A DNA stretch of 64,000 nt from a virus (Duplodnaviria > Caudoviricetes). Below, piece by piece: positions 18,884-29,348 of the stretch (the stretch's first letter is position 1; each line of letters starts with the position of its first letter). The translations under genes and the position numbers were made by a program. Below the pieces are notes generated by a model. The model ran no database searches. It saw nothing but the letters and a program-made list of their open reading frames with translations, and was not told the DNA's origin. Where the stretch lies: positions 17,298 to 81,297 of the IMG/VR virus record IMGVR_UViG_3300043436_004623; one strand, given 5' to 3'.

Positions 18884-21060
18884 AAAGAACTTAATTGAAT
18901 TCTTCCCCATCCAGAAACGCTTCCAGTACATACATATAAAAAGTCTCCACTGACTGCCATTTCACCACGATTTCCTGTTTGAGATGATAATCCAGTAAAT
19001 TGCGGTAATCTTAAATAAACACCATTAAAGAAGTCTAAGCTTAAAGTATGCGCTCCTCTTGAGTAGTGATCTCTTTCTTGTCCATCGGAAATAACTGTTG
19101 CACCTAAATCTCCTGTGCGAGTTATAGCTCTTCTTCCAATGACTGTTGAATAACCTGCTAAAGCTTGATTACCATCTCCTGCTAATACGGTGGAATATTG
19201 CCCAGATGCTACATTAAACCTTCCTCCTAAAATTGCTGCATATGTATTAAATGTTTTATTATTTTCACCACCAACAATTACAGAATTAATTGATTTGACT
19301 TCATTCCGCGCCCCTCCACCAACAAAACCTGCATTTCCACTGCATATATTACTATCTCCACCAACTATAACTGAAAACATCCCATAAAGCTTGTTATCTC
19401 TTCCTGCTCCACAAAATGAATTGAAAGTAATAATATCATTATTACTTTCAATTCTATTACGTACACCACCAAATATTGAATTACCTCCTCCTCCACTTAT
19501 AAAATTGTTAGTACCACCACCAACACTACTATAGTCTGTACTTATAATTTCATTTTTCTCACCAGCTCCAATAAAACAAGACTGCGAGTAACCACTTATT
19601 ATATTACTCAATCCACCAGCAATTGCACAAATAGCTGAGTTATGAATCCTATGAAGCGCTCCACCATTAATTGAATTAACAGCAGAGAAATCAGCACCAG
19701 TAGTTAGTATAATTCCATTGTCATAACCACCGCCAATATTGTTCCAAAGAGATCCTATGCCAGAAGAAAAAGAATAATCAAAAGGATAATCAGATTTCAC
19801 ATAATTACCGATACCACCTAAAATTGCACAGCCTGAACTATTACCAATTATATTATTTGCTCCATTTACAATAGTAGATGCAGCACTAGAACCAGTTATT
19901 TTATTTTCAACACCAGCTCCTATAAAATTATGATCCCCAAATAATTCATTTAAACTTCCACCACCCAGAAAAGAATAAACTCCTGATACTTTATTTTGTG
20001 TTCCCACTCCAATAAACGAACCATCTCCGCTTAAACGATTATTGACTCCACCTAAAATTACTGAAGCATCTCCACTTAAACTATTTCCAGAACCACCAAT
20101 TATAGTATCTACATCTGAATATATAATAGTATTACCATGTCCTAAAATTAAATCTCCCTCAACCACCAAATCATTTGAAAATGTTTTTAAACCACCTATT
20201 ATTTCTACGCCAGTATTCATTACTGGTTTACCACCACCAACTATAATATTATTTTCAAAAATGGTTTGTCCAGTAAATATCCCAGAGTAAAAAGTATTGA
20301 TACCGCCTTCTCCAAATTTATTAACAGAAAGTTTTCCAAATTCGTTTGTTGGTGTATTTGCCCCAAATGAATTCAATGTAGAAAAACCTCCAAAACTATT
20401 TGTATTACCAGAAACTCCAAAACTATTTAAAATAGCTGAAGTACCAAAAAAGTTTCCACTTCCAGTTCCACCTATATTCAACGAACCAGATTGAATAAAT
20501 TCATTATTAATAATAAGTTTTCCACTTAATGTTTGTTCACCAGTGTTTAATATAACAGTTCCACTACCAACTTTTGGCGTAAGTGTAAATGTTTTTTGCC
20601 CACTAATTTCTTCTACTCCAGTAATAGATACAATTTCATTTGAATTGATTGCTATTGTTTTAGCAGCACTTCCATTAAAAAAATCTCCGCTTGATTCAAT
20701 GCCAAATCCAAAAGTCAAATCATTTGGTGTTGCTATACCAGCAGCATCACCACTTAAAACAACTCCAATACCATTAACAAAAGGACGATCTGTAAATGTT
20801 TTTATACCAGCGACTGTTTGATCTCCAGTCGTTAAGACTGGTTCTGCAGTGCCTATAATTGGATTCAGCGCAAATGTTTTTTGGCCATCTATTATTTGCT
20901 CGCCACTTAATGAAAGAAATAAAGATGTATCAACATCAAAATATCTTTCTACAGAACCGTCATAAGCTCCTCCGCTTGATGTTAATCCAATACCTGGGAA
21001 AAGCGCAAAGCGGTTTTCTGCGTTTAAAACATATACTACATTTTGATCTCCGTCTGCCAT
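18880..21060 (-). CDS. Tail fibre/adhesin with Gly-Asn beta-helical (YadA-head-like) repeats
   Basis: QxxxGxKTF shaft repeats, xNxFG repeats, many xIGGGxxNx repeats, C-terminal GWGRIQLSSF. Confidence 0.8.
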   Translation of the reverse strand: MADGDQNVVYVLNAENRFALFPGIGLTSSGGAYDGSVERYFDVDTSLFLSLSGEQIIDGQKTFALNPIIGTAEPVLTTGDQTVAGIKTFTDRPFVNGIGVVLSGDAAGIATPNDLTFGFGIESSGDFFNGSAAKTIAINSNEIVSITGVEEISGQKTFTLTPKVGSGTVILNTGEQTLSGKLIINNEFIQSGSLNIGGTGSGNFFGTSAILNSFGVSGNTNSFGGFSTLNSFGANTPTNEFGKLSVNKFGEGGINTFYSGIFTGQTIFENNIIVGGGKPVMNTGVEIIGGLKTFSNDLVVEGDLILGHGNTIIYSDVDTIIGGSGNSLSGDASVILGGVNNRLSGDGSFIGVGTQNKVSGVYSFLGGGSLNELFGDHNFIGAGVENKITGSSAASTIVNGANNIIGNSSGCAILGGIGNYVKSDYPFDYSFSSGIGSLWNNIGGGYDNGIILTTGADFSAVNSINGGALHRIHNSAICAIAGGLSNIISGYSQSCFIGAGEKNEIISTDYSSVGGGTNNFISGGGGNSIFGGVRNRIESNNDIITFNSFCGAGRDNKLYGMFSVIVGGDSNICSGNAGFVGGGARNEVKSINSVIVGGENNKTFNTYAAILGGRFNVASGQYSTVLAGDGNQALAGYSTVIGRRAITRTGDLGATVISDGQERDHYSRGAHTLSLDFFNGVYLRLPQFTGLSSQTGNRGEMAVSGDFLYVCTGSVSGWGRIQLSSF

Positions 21061-21062
21061 AA

Positions 21063-24000
21063 TTAATATCTATATATTCCTGTTAATTTACTATCTTGAA
21101 ACTGAAGCGGCCAATAAGAAAATCTTTGAAGATACATGTTACTAAATTGCGGCCCAGCAGTTTCTCCATTTGCCCCAAAAACGAGCTTATTCATCGGCAA
21201 TGATCCAAGTCTTCCGCTCGTATCTGTTCGTGTTGTTTCATTATAAAATGATGTCTTAAAGCTGTTTTCTTTATAAGATGCCATAACTAATACACCACGC
21301 GAACCAGTTGTTTTTGAAAAATTAGCTTGTGATTGATGACTTGGTGGACCTGAAGAAAAATTTGTTGCAAAATTAGCACCAACTCTAGTCAAAGCATATG
21401 ATCCAGATTGCCTATCACTACCTTCTATACCCATCATTCCCATTGTTTGCCATGTATTATATTGCAATAACTCTGCTTCAATAAAATACGTTCCTTGATT
21501 TTGATTATAAAAACCACTAAAATCATTTCCACCAATTGCGAATACGTCTCGCGTAAGTGTTCCAACTGAACCAGTTGTTGGCTTATAACTTGTAGCCCCA
21601 TCTCCACTAAATGCAGTTTCAAGTTGGTGGCCAAATATTTGAAAACCTGGTCCATTAAGACCAGAGTATGAATTAGCGTTAACGCCAAATCCAGTTGTTG
21701 ACCAAAATTCACAATTAGCACCAACAAGAGCCGCACCAGTTGCTGTTTGACCTATTACGAGCCTATACCAATTATTAGGATATTTTATTCCTGTAAAAAA
21801 TGTTGGATTTGTAAAACCAGGAACTGATACCGTTCTTCCACCGCTAATTCCACTATGTAAATCGATAACAACTCTTGTATCAGGAATAGACCCAGCAGTT
21901 ACTAACCTTCCAAGAACATATCTTCTACCAGTATATTGTCCATAATATGGCTGTTTTAAGAAAATTGATGATACATAATTTATTCCAGATTGAATATTAT
22001 CTATTGGCCGTCTATACACATAATGTTGACTTGTTGTACCGTCTTCAACATAAACAGATCCAGATGTACTAGTATCTGGCCAAACTCCACCAGTTAATTG
22101 TATTGATCCATTAACTGGTTCACCAGCATTAGATCCAGTAAAAGTATTTGAATTTAAAATATAATTATTAGAAGCTTGTTCTAATAACAAGCCTTTTGGC
22201 GTTCTAAATGATTTATAACCTTCTAGAAACGTTCCATATGCTTGTTCATACGGTGTGGGTATTGCGCTTTCCTCTAATTGTGGACCCCACAAATAAAATG
22301 AATCGCTTTGTGTTGTAACTAGTCTGCTTGTAGCTCCAGCTGCATTTGACGGATAAATAGCATTAACCTGCCAAGATGTTGCTGAGTTATAAAGAGTTGA
22401 TAACCACAAACGTGACCATCCATTTCCATATGACGAGTCTAAACCAGATGAAGTTATTGTTCCAGCCATTCCAGATATAGAACCATTGGATAAATTATAC
22501 AAAGCCCTCGCACCACCTATCTGTAAAGAAATAAAATTATTATTTATTGGTTTAGCGAAAACCGACATGGTATAATTTAATCCAGAATATAAAACATCAT
22601 CTCTTCTAATTTGATAAGTCGTAGCCACACCAGATCCAGTCACATCAATAAATTTATCCGCATCTTTTGCCGACTTAAATGGATTTATCTCACTACGTGG
22701 TGCTATTACATCTTGGACATATGGAGGACCGCTAGTAAAAGGATATCTCCAGAAATTTAAAAAGCTGTTGCTTCCATAAAATAAATTTTTACTTACTGCA
22801 TGATCAAATCTTGGTTGATTTGCCGCTACATATTTAATAAAACCATCGCTTGCCAAATAACTACCGCTTGTATTTGTTTGAGTTCTTGATAAAGATGGAG
22901 TTGGCCCTATTCTTGGCGTTAATGTTGTCGCGCCAGTTTCGTATACCATATCTAATGTCGGAATTTCAATTGCTGATCTAGTATTACCATCATTTGTAAA
23001 ATAGACTTCTCTAGAAGATAGCAATCCATTAAAATCAGCATCAATATCATTTTCAAATGGACCATATGGAACAACAGACGCATTTCTAAATCTTTTTCTT
23101 CCAGAAATTATTTGATCGCCCGTATTGTAAACAAGGTTTGTAGCCTCAACTCTAGTAAAAGCAGTGGTATCACCGCTTAATAACACATTAACTCCATTAA
23201 TAGTTGGTCTTATAGTAAAGTTTTTTGAACCGCCAATATCTTGAGTGCCAGTTGTCATCACAAAGGATGAATTGCCACTTACATCTGGTATCGTATAAGT
23301 TCTATCTCCAGAAATAGTTGGTGCAGAAATTGTAAAACTATTACTACCAGCGCTTCCAGTACGTAAAACTAACTGATTTGAACTCGTGGCTACTATTAGT
23401 TGACTAGCAAAAGTTTTAGTTCCAGTAATATTCTGAGAACCACTCGTCATTACAAAATCTGCATTTCCACCAACATCTGGAATTGTATAAACCCTATTTG
23501 CAGAAATGTTTGGTGCTGTAATATCAATTTTATTGCCAGCAGAACCAGTTCTTAAAGTTAATTGATTGCCAGTTACTTGTATAACAATACCAGTATTAAA
23601 GGTTTTTATTCCATTTAATGTTTGACTTCCAGTTAATGATGCAATTGCAGCTGTATCGACTTCAACTATTTTTGATTGATTTCCATTCCATGTAAATGGA
23701 GCGCCTCCATTAGTTAATCTTAATCCATTTTGAAATTCTAATGAATACGCTGTATAAGCACCAGGAACAGCTTCTCCACTTAAAAATACTCCCGATCCAT
23801 TAACGGTTGGTCTAGTTGTGAAAGTTTTTAAACCATCAATTGTTTGAGTACCAGTAGTCATTACAAATGAAGCGTTACCACTTACATCTGGTATTGTATA
23901 TGTTCTGTTTCCAGATATGTTTGGCGCTGTAAATGTAATTGTATTAGTCCCAGCTGAACCAGTTCTAAAAGCTAACTGGTTAGATACATTTTGTAAAACA

Positions 24001-25142
24001 ACTCCAGTTGTGAACGTTTTAGTTCCACCGATTGTTTGATTGACTTCGTTCATTACAAATGAAGCATTAGTTCCAGCATCTGGAATTGTATAAGTTCTTG
24101 CAGAAGCTGGGGTCGGGGCGGTAATTGTTGTTTTTTGAGTTGAACCTAAAACTAATTGATCTGTTGTTTTAAGAATATTTATTCCACTTGCAAATGTTTT
24201 TTCTCCAGCAAAGGTTTGTTGTCCTTCTAATGCTGCTATATTAATATTTCCAGTTGGAAATGTGCCTGTTGTGTTAGCTGTTGTAGTTAAGCCTAATGTA
24301 TGATTACCAGCTTTAACTATTTGTCCAGCACTAGTGTATGAGACTGTTGCTGGCAAAGTAAGTGGTCCAGCAAATGATCCAGAGTAAAAGTAATTTTCAC
24401 CATTTTCTCCAAAAAAGTTTTTAGAATTTTTACCAAAATTATTTATAGCACCAGATCTCAAATCAATTCCAAATCCATTAGATGCAGTAGATCCACTAAC
24501 TCCTGAACCAAATTGATTACTACCAGTTACAAGAAGGCCAAATCGATTTATATTTCCAGTTTCACCAAAAGTATTATATCTAGACGAATTTCCAAAACTA
24601 TTAGTTGCACTAAGTCCAATTACATTATTTCCAAATGAATTTGAAGTTATAACATTATCTCCAAATCTATTTGTACTAGCTCCCGTTCCAAATAAATTAG
24701 TTGCTGTTCCAGTTAATCCTATTTCAGTATCTCCAAATATTTTTATTTCTCCATTAAATGTTTTTGTTCCATTTATTGTTTGAGTTCCTTCTGTCATTAC
24801 AAAAGAAGCGTTTGCTCCTGGATTTGGAACTGTATAAGTAAAAGCTGTAGCACTTGAAAATGTTATATTAGAATTTGAAGAAGTTGTTAATGTAACAGCA
24901 TGATTCCCAGCTTTAACAATTGAACCATTTGAAGCGAAATTAAGAGTGGATGGAATAGTCAATATACCATTAAAAGTTTTACTTCCACCTATTGTTTGGT
25001 TGGCGCTATTACTAGTAGTAACAACACCATTAGCCTCCCAAGGAACAACAGATCCATCTCCTAATGTTATTGATGTGGAACTTGGTCCAGTTGATAACAA
25101 ATAAATATAAGTGCTGCTTAACTTTTGACCAACTAAATTCAT
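21063..25142 (-). CDS. Long tail fibre with shaft repeats and two carbohydrate-binding-like modules
   Basis: About eight QTIxGxKTF and several RTYTIPDxxGNASFVMT repeats; modules ending LWGPQLE and IFGHQLE. Confidence 0.8.
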   Translation of the reverse strand: MNLVGQKLSSTYIYLLSTGPSSTSITLGDGSVVPWEANGVVTTSNSANQTIGGSKTFNGILTIPSTLNFASNGSIVKAGNHAVTLTTSSNSNITFSSATAFTYTVPNPGANASFVMTEGTQTINGTKTFNGEIKIFGDTEIGLTGTATNLFGTGASTNRFGDNVITSNSFGNNVIGLSATNSFGNSSRYNTFGETGNINRFGLLVTGSNQFGSGVSGSTASNGFGIDLRSGAINNFGKNSKNFFGENGENYFYSGSFAGPLTLPATVSYTSAGQIVKAGNHTLGLTTTANTTGTFPTGNINIAALEGQQTFAGEKTFASGINILKTTDQLVLGSTQKTTITAPTPASARTYTIPDAGTNASFVMNEVNQTIGGTKTFTTGVVLQNVSNQLAFRTGSAGTNTITFTAPNISGNRTYTIPDVSGNASFVMTTGTQTIDGLKTFTTRPTVNGSGVFLSGEAVPGAYTAYSLEFQNGLRLTNGGAPFTWNGNQSKIVEVDTAAIASLTGSQTLNGIKTFNTGIVIQVTGNQLTLRTGSAGNKIDITAPNISANRVYTIPDVGGNADFVMTSGSQNITGTKTFASQLIVATSSNQLVLRTGSAGSNSFTISAPTISGDRTYTIPDVSGNSSFVMTTGTQDIGGSKNFTIRPTINGVNVLLSGDTTAFTRVEATNLVYNTGDQIISGRKRFRNASVVPYGPFENDIDADFNGLLSSREVYFTNDGNTRSAIEIPTLDMVYETGATTLTPRIGPTPSLSRTQTNTSGSYLASDGFIKYVAANQPRFDHAVSKNLFYGSNSFLNFWRYPFTSGPPYVQDVIAPRSEINPFKSAKDADKFIDVTGSGVATTYQIRRDDVLYSGLNYTMSVFAKPINNNFISLQIGGARALYNLSNGSISGMAGTITSSGLDSSYGNGWSRLWLSTLYNSATSWQVNAIYPSNAAGATSRLVTTQSDSFYLWGPQLEESAIPTPYEQAYGTFLEGYKSFRTPKGLLLEQASNNYILNSNTFTGSNAGEPVNGSIQLTGGVWPDTSTSGSVYVEDGTTSQHYVYRRPIDNIQSGINYVSSIFLKQPYYGQYTGRRYVLGRLVTAGSIPDTRVVIDLHSGISGGRTVSVPGFTNPTFFTGIKYPNNWYRLVIGQTATGAALVGANCEFWSTTGFGVNANSYSGLNGPGFQIFGHQLETAFSGDGATSYKPTTGSVGTLTRDVFAIGGNDFSGFYNQNQGTYFIEAELLQYNTWQTMGMMGIEGSDRQSGSYALTRVGANFATNFSSGPPSHQSQANFSKTTGSRGVLVMASYKENSFKTSFYNETTRTDTSGRLGSLPMNKLVFGANGETAGPQFSNMYLQRFSYWPLQFQDSKLTGIYRY

Positions 25143-25168
25143 ATTTTCATTATTTTTTACACTTTATT

Positions 25169-27205
25169 TTAATTTGATTCCCAATTTATGGATAAGTTAT
25201 TCCAAATAGTATCGAAATCTTGATAATAATTACCCAATGTATTAATTACCCGCCTCATTAAAAATCCAGCATCGCTTCTAATTGTACAATCAAACGAAGC
25301 ATTAAAAGTCATCACATCATTCAATGGCATTGAATAATTAAAATTACTTAATCTACAATTGTTAAATTTATATGAACCTGTTATATAATTTTTAGTATTT
25401 ATACAATTTATTGTAAAAGCGTAAATTTGTTGATTAGATAAAATTCCACTGATAAATCCATCATCTACCCCAGAAACTAATACAGACATATCGATTTTTG
25501 CATTAATTGGATAATTTAATTTTCGATCATATACATAATCACTGCCTAATCCATATAAATCGTTTCTAGATAAATCTATGTCTATTGATAGAGATTGTAA
25601 TAGTGGTTTATTATAAGGCTCTAATTTAATGCCGCCAACCTGTAAATCATCAAGAATAAATTCACTATGCATCGGGGAAGTTACTGGAACATTGAATTCA
25701 GTTTTTCCCTCTGAATTATCTGTAACAAACCCAGATGCAAGAGTAAAATAAGTATCAGCTAAATTTAAAATTCCTGGATTTCTTATTGATGGAGTGTCGA
25801 TTTGATTTTTAGTTTCTAATATTCCATATTCAATTATATAACCATTAGTTGAAGATGCATTTGCTAAATCGTTCCATTTATAAGAATTAGCGCCGTGTAT
25901 ATTTCCAAGTCTAGATGCATAATTTTCTGCTCCGCCAGCATTATTTGGTTCTCCTGCATTCCAATTAGTATATCCATCGTTAAGAAGTGTGCCATCTATC
26001 CACCTCCAAGTTCCCTCTACTCCAGTATCTGTTGCTCCAATCCATAATGATGATTGAGTTTGAGTTGGTACTTTATTATTTTTTTCTTCTGTATTTAATA
26101 TTGCCAATCTTCCACCCCTTGACTCTGCGTCTGTTTTAGCCCCGCTCCATGTAAAACTCCCAGCGACTATTTCAAATTTTTCAGAATCAACGATAGTATC
26201 TATTTTCATATTAGAACAAGCAAAAGTTGTGCTAACTGATGGGATTTGACCTATTTGAAAATTAAGCGAATAATTTGTTAGATAAGAATCTCCAAAAGAA
26301 AAAATACTAAAACCACTAAAATCAATATTTAATGGATCAATTCTTTTTACTTCATCAAAACCTTCTTTTAAATCTCTATTATCAACCACTAAATAAAAAT
26401 TATTTCTTTTTAAGTTAAAATTAGAAAGAGCATTTTCATAAATATCACCACTTCCATTAAAACCCAACAATAGTTCATTATTCAAATATGGAGAATGTAA
26501 ATAATCTAAAGTTAAATTAACTTTTGGCGCTTGAAAAACCTCATTTACAGCATAATCATCAGACCCAATTTGTTTTAATTTTAAATGATCATTTGCTACT
26601 CCAAAATTACAATTTTGAGTGAGTGAAAATAATCTTAATTCATCAATATTTTCAGTTACCGTAACTGCGGCAGTTGTTGTTTTTATATAGTTTGTTGAGT
26701 AAGAACCTGCTTCTAGTTGTGCTCCATATACATAAAGAGACTCTGGTGTGGCAAATGTCGCATTTGCACCAATATACACTCTTGTTTGAGATACACTCGA
26801 TGGATATGTTGCAGTAACAGAAACTCTTTGCCATGTATTTGTTGTTGTAAAAGTAGTATGACCAATTGAATTAGAGCCGCCGTTATTATATAAATTAATT
26901 GTTAATGTTGCTGGGGATGCTGCTGCTTTAACCCATACGCTAAATGTATAAGTAGTATTTGCAAGACCAGCAAATTGTTGAGAAATATTTGAATTTGAGG
27001 TTGTTGCTGAAAGCAAAGTGGCGTTAGATTTGCCATCTGGAGACAACCCGCCAGGAGTTGGCGTGACTGAACCTTTTGACCAAATTGATTGAGTAAAATC
27101 TTCACTATAAGTTAAAATATTAGTTCTCTGTCTAGTTTTTGATGTTGATAATGGATTTCCAATACCAACAAATGCGGAATTACTTTTTAATATTTGTTTT
27201 GGCAT
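25169..27205 (-). CDS. Tail-tube-fold paralog with inserted carbohydrate-binding-like module and C-type lectin domain
   Basis: Shares YLTNYS...IGQIPSVS and QSLSI...R..L..LGS..RKL.YPINA with the major tail protein; lectin WIGATD...EGTWRW...WNAGEPNN...WND at about 25825-26165. Confidence 0.8.
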   Translation of the reverse strand: MPKQILKSNSAFVGIGNPLSTSKTRQRTNILTYSEDFTQSIWSKGSVTPTPGGLSPDGKSNATLLSATTSNSNISQQFAGLANTTYTFSVWVKAAASPATLTINLYNNGGSNSIGHTTFTTTNTWQRVSVTATYPSSVSQTRVYIGANATFATPESLYVYGAQLEAGSYSTNYIKTTTAAVTVTENIDELRLFSLTQNCNFGVANDHLKLKQIGSDDYAVNEVFQAPKVNLTLDYLHSPYLNNELLLGFNGSGDIYENALSNFNLKRNNFYLVVDNRDLKEGFDEVKRIDPLNIDFSGFSIFSFGDSYLTNYSLNFQIGQIPSVSTTFACSNMKIDTIVDSEKFEIVAGSFTWSGAKTDAESRGGRLAILNTEEKNNKVPTQTQSSLWIGATDTGVEGTWRWIDGTLLNDGYTNWNAGEPNNAGGAENYASRLGNIHGANSYKWNDLANASSTNGYIIEYGILETKNQIDTPSIRNPGILNLADTYFTLASGFVTDNSEGKTEFNVPVTSPMHSEFILDDLQVGGIKLEPYNKPLLQSLSIDIDLSRNDLYGLGSDYVYDRKLNYPINAKIDMSVLVSGVDDGFISGILSNQQIYAFTINCINTKNYITGSYKFNNCRLSNFNYSMPLNDVMTFNASFDCTIRSDAGFLMRRVINTLGNYYQDFDTIWNNLSINWESN

Positions 27206-27209
27206 GGTA

Positions 27210-29348
27210 TCAATCTTTAGGTATTACACCCAATGGGTCTTCAATTAATTGCACTTCAATATCATGTGAATCCTCAAACTTCCAAGTGTGATTCCAAGAC
27301 GGTGCGTAAAAAACTTTCGGTTTATTGTAAACAGAATCCATATTTACTCTAAATCTTCTATAACCACCTTTATTTTCTAAAAAATGCAAGATCGCCCTTG
27401 CTTTTTGTGTTGTTATGTTAGAAAATTTATATGTGAAATCAGTTGTTGCTATATTTTTTTTAGTTTTTATTCTTTGGCTAAATGAATTTTTAAAATTAAT
27501 TTTTTCAACTTTTAAATCGACAGAATTCTGCATTGCTAGATCAGGCTCAAAAAAGAAATCTTGTCTCCATGGTGATATAGAATCTCCTGGCTCTGTATCA
27601 ATACCTTCTTTTGAATTATGATTGTAACCACAATAATAAAAACTATTTAATCTATTTTGCCTCTTTGGAGATCCTTCTGTTTTGACATAATCTAATAAAT
27701 CCCCATTTTGTACTTGCGCACCCCAAATATACATAAAACCATCATTAGGTGGAATATTATAGTCCCAATTCCCCGAATAATCTGGAGCATTATCTAATAA
27801 TACAAAAACTGGAACATAATGATCGTTTTTAATTAGAACTGTTATAGAACATCTAAACCACCCGTTTGCATATGGAGTTATTTGACCCACAACACCCTCC
27901 CCCTGACGAGACATTGTTTGATTTTGTAAATTAAACGAACAATAATGAAAAGATCTTGGATTAATTGTTTGGTCTGTTGTTGCTGTTTTCATGAACTCCA
28001 AACCTATCATAAATTTATATTTTGGAGAAGCGGCATCAGCGCGAACAAAAATTGAAAAAGTCATTTTTTCTGAAAATTTTGAAGTTCTTTCAAAAAAATT
28101 ACTATAGTTAAACCCCGCACCCAAACCTTTGCCTGGATAAAACCCGTGCCAACGATTTGATGCAGCGTTTATTCTGTAGCACGAATCTTGACCAAATGGA
28201 TTTAATACCAATCTCGTGTGTATTAAATTTATATTTGCCAACTCCCAATATTTTCGTTCTGAAAAATTTTCACTATATCTTAAGAGATTGGATTTATTAC
28301 TTCGACTTTCGGAATACAATATATCATATTTATTATAATTTACATTTTTTCTCCAATATTTTTCATCATAATTTACAAAACAAGAATTATACCAATTTAA
28401 AATTGATGACGCTTGATCAACATCTAAAGACAACGCAACCTCATAATGATTTTTATTAATAAAATTAATTGCATATTGCGTACAAAAACCATCTATTGAT
28501 CTATAAATATTAGATGGATCTTTAAAAGAAAAATCATAAACACCTTTTTTATTTTCTATAAAATTTACAAGCTGTTGAGCTTCTAATTCATTTAAATCAA
28601 ATTTTAAATCAAATTTTGCTATTAAACTATTAATAGATAAGGGAATCATATTGATATAATTATCATGAGTGTCATATTTATTAACATTAGAAGAAAAAAA
28701 TACTTTAGATCCATATGTTGGTTTATATATTAAACTTGATATTGGATTTGTAACAATAACATTACTATCTCTATTATAAAAAATTAACGAATCTCCTCCA
28801 GTTTGCTCATATTCACCTGGTTCACTAGATAAATTAGTAACTTCTTCAACTTGAGCGCCCCAAACCCACATTGATCCATTATTACCATCACCATATCCCC
28901 CCATATGGTAATTATTTAAAACTAAAGTATTTGTTGGTGTTTTTTTAGTATTCCACCAAACCCTCATCCAACCATTATCGTATTCTTTATAATTAGCTTG
29001 AAATATAGTTCCAACTTCACCAGCTTGAGCATATTGCCACGTAAAAATTTTTGTTTTAAGATTAAAAATCCCCAATCTATGTTGAGTATTCTCGCCACCA
29101 ATTATAAATGGAAGTAATCTAGGCTCTGGGTTATCGCTTACTGGTTTTACAAAAATAGATCTACAGTATATTTTATCTGTAACAAAAGTAATTGGATTTA
29201 ATGGGGTATCAAATGTAGTACTCTTAACACTAGCTGGAGAAAAGAATCTGGTTGCTTCTTTAACTCCATTTGGTGCAATTGCATCATTTTCTGTTTTTAC
29301 AGATTTACCCCCCAAATTAAAATTTATACTATTTTTTACAAAATTCAT
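27210..29348 (-). CDS. Minor (distal) tail protein with duplicated lambda gpM-like segments and two inserted carbohydrate-binding-like modules
   Basis: Repeats EAQQLVNFIENKKGVYDF and KARAILHFLENKGGYRRF; modules ending WVWGAQVE and YIWGAQVQ. Confidence 0.65.
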   Translation of the reverse strand: MNFVKNSINFNLGGKSVKTENDAIAPNGVKEATRFFSPASVKSTTFDTPLNPITFVTDKIYCRSIFVKPVSDNPEPRLLPFIIGGENTQHRLGIFNLKTKIFTWQYAQAGEVGTIFQANYKEYDNGWMRVWWNTKKTPTNTLVLNNYHMGGYGDGNNGSMWVWGAQVEEVTNLSSEPGEYEQTGGDSLIFYNRDSNVIVTNPISSLIYKPTYGSKVFFSSNVNKYDTHDNYINMIPLSINSLIAKFDLKFDLNELEAQQLVNFIENKKGVYDFSFKDPSNIYRSIDGFCTQYAINFINKNHYEVALSLDVDQASSILNWYNSCFVNYDEKYWRKNVNYNKYDILYSESRSNKSNLLRYSENFSERKYWELANINLIHTRLVLNPFGQDSCYRINAASNRWHGFYPGKGLGAGFNYSNFFERTSKFSEKMTFSIFVRADAASPKYKFMIGLEFMKTATTDQTINPRSFHYCSFNLQNQTMSRQGEGVVGQITPYANGWFRCSITVLIKNDHYVPVFVLLDNAPDYSGNWDYNIPPNDGFMYIWGAQVQNGDLLDYVKTEGSPKRQNRLNSFYYCGYNHNSKEGIDTEPGDSISPWRQDFFFEPDLAMQNSVDLKVEKINFKNSFSQRIKTKKNIATTDFTYKFSNITTQKARAILHFLENKGGYRRFRVNMDSVYNKPKVFYAPSWNHTWKFEDSHDIEVQLIEDPLGVIPKD

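Noticed and set aside
25169-29348. Diversity-generating retroelement targeting the C-type lectin
   Set aside because: No reverse transcriptase and no template/variable repeat pair differing at adenines was seen in the window
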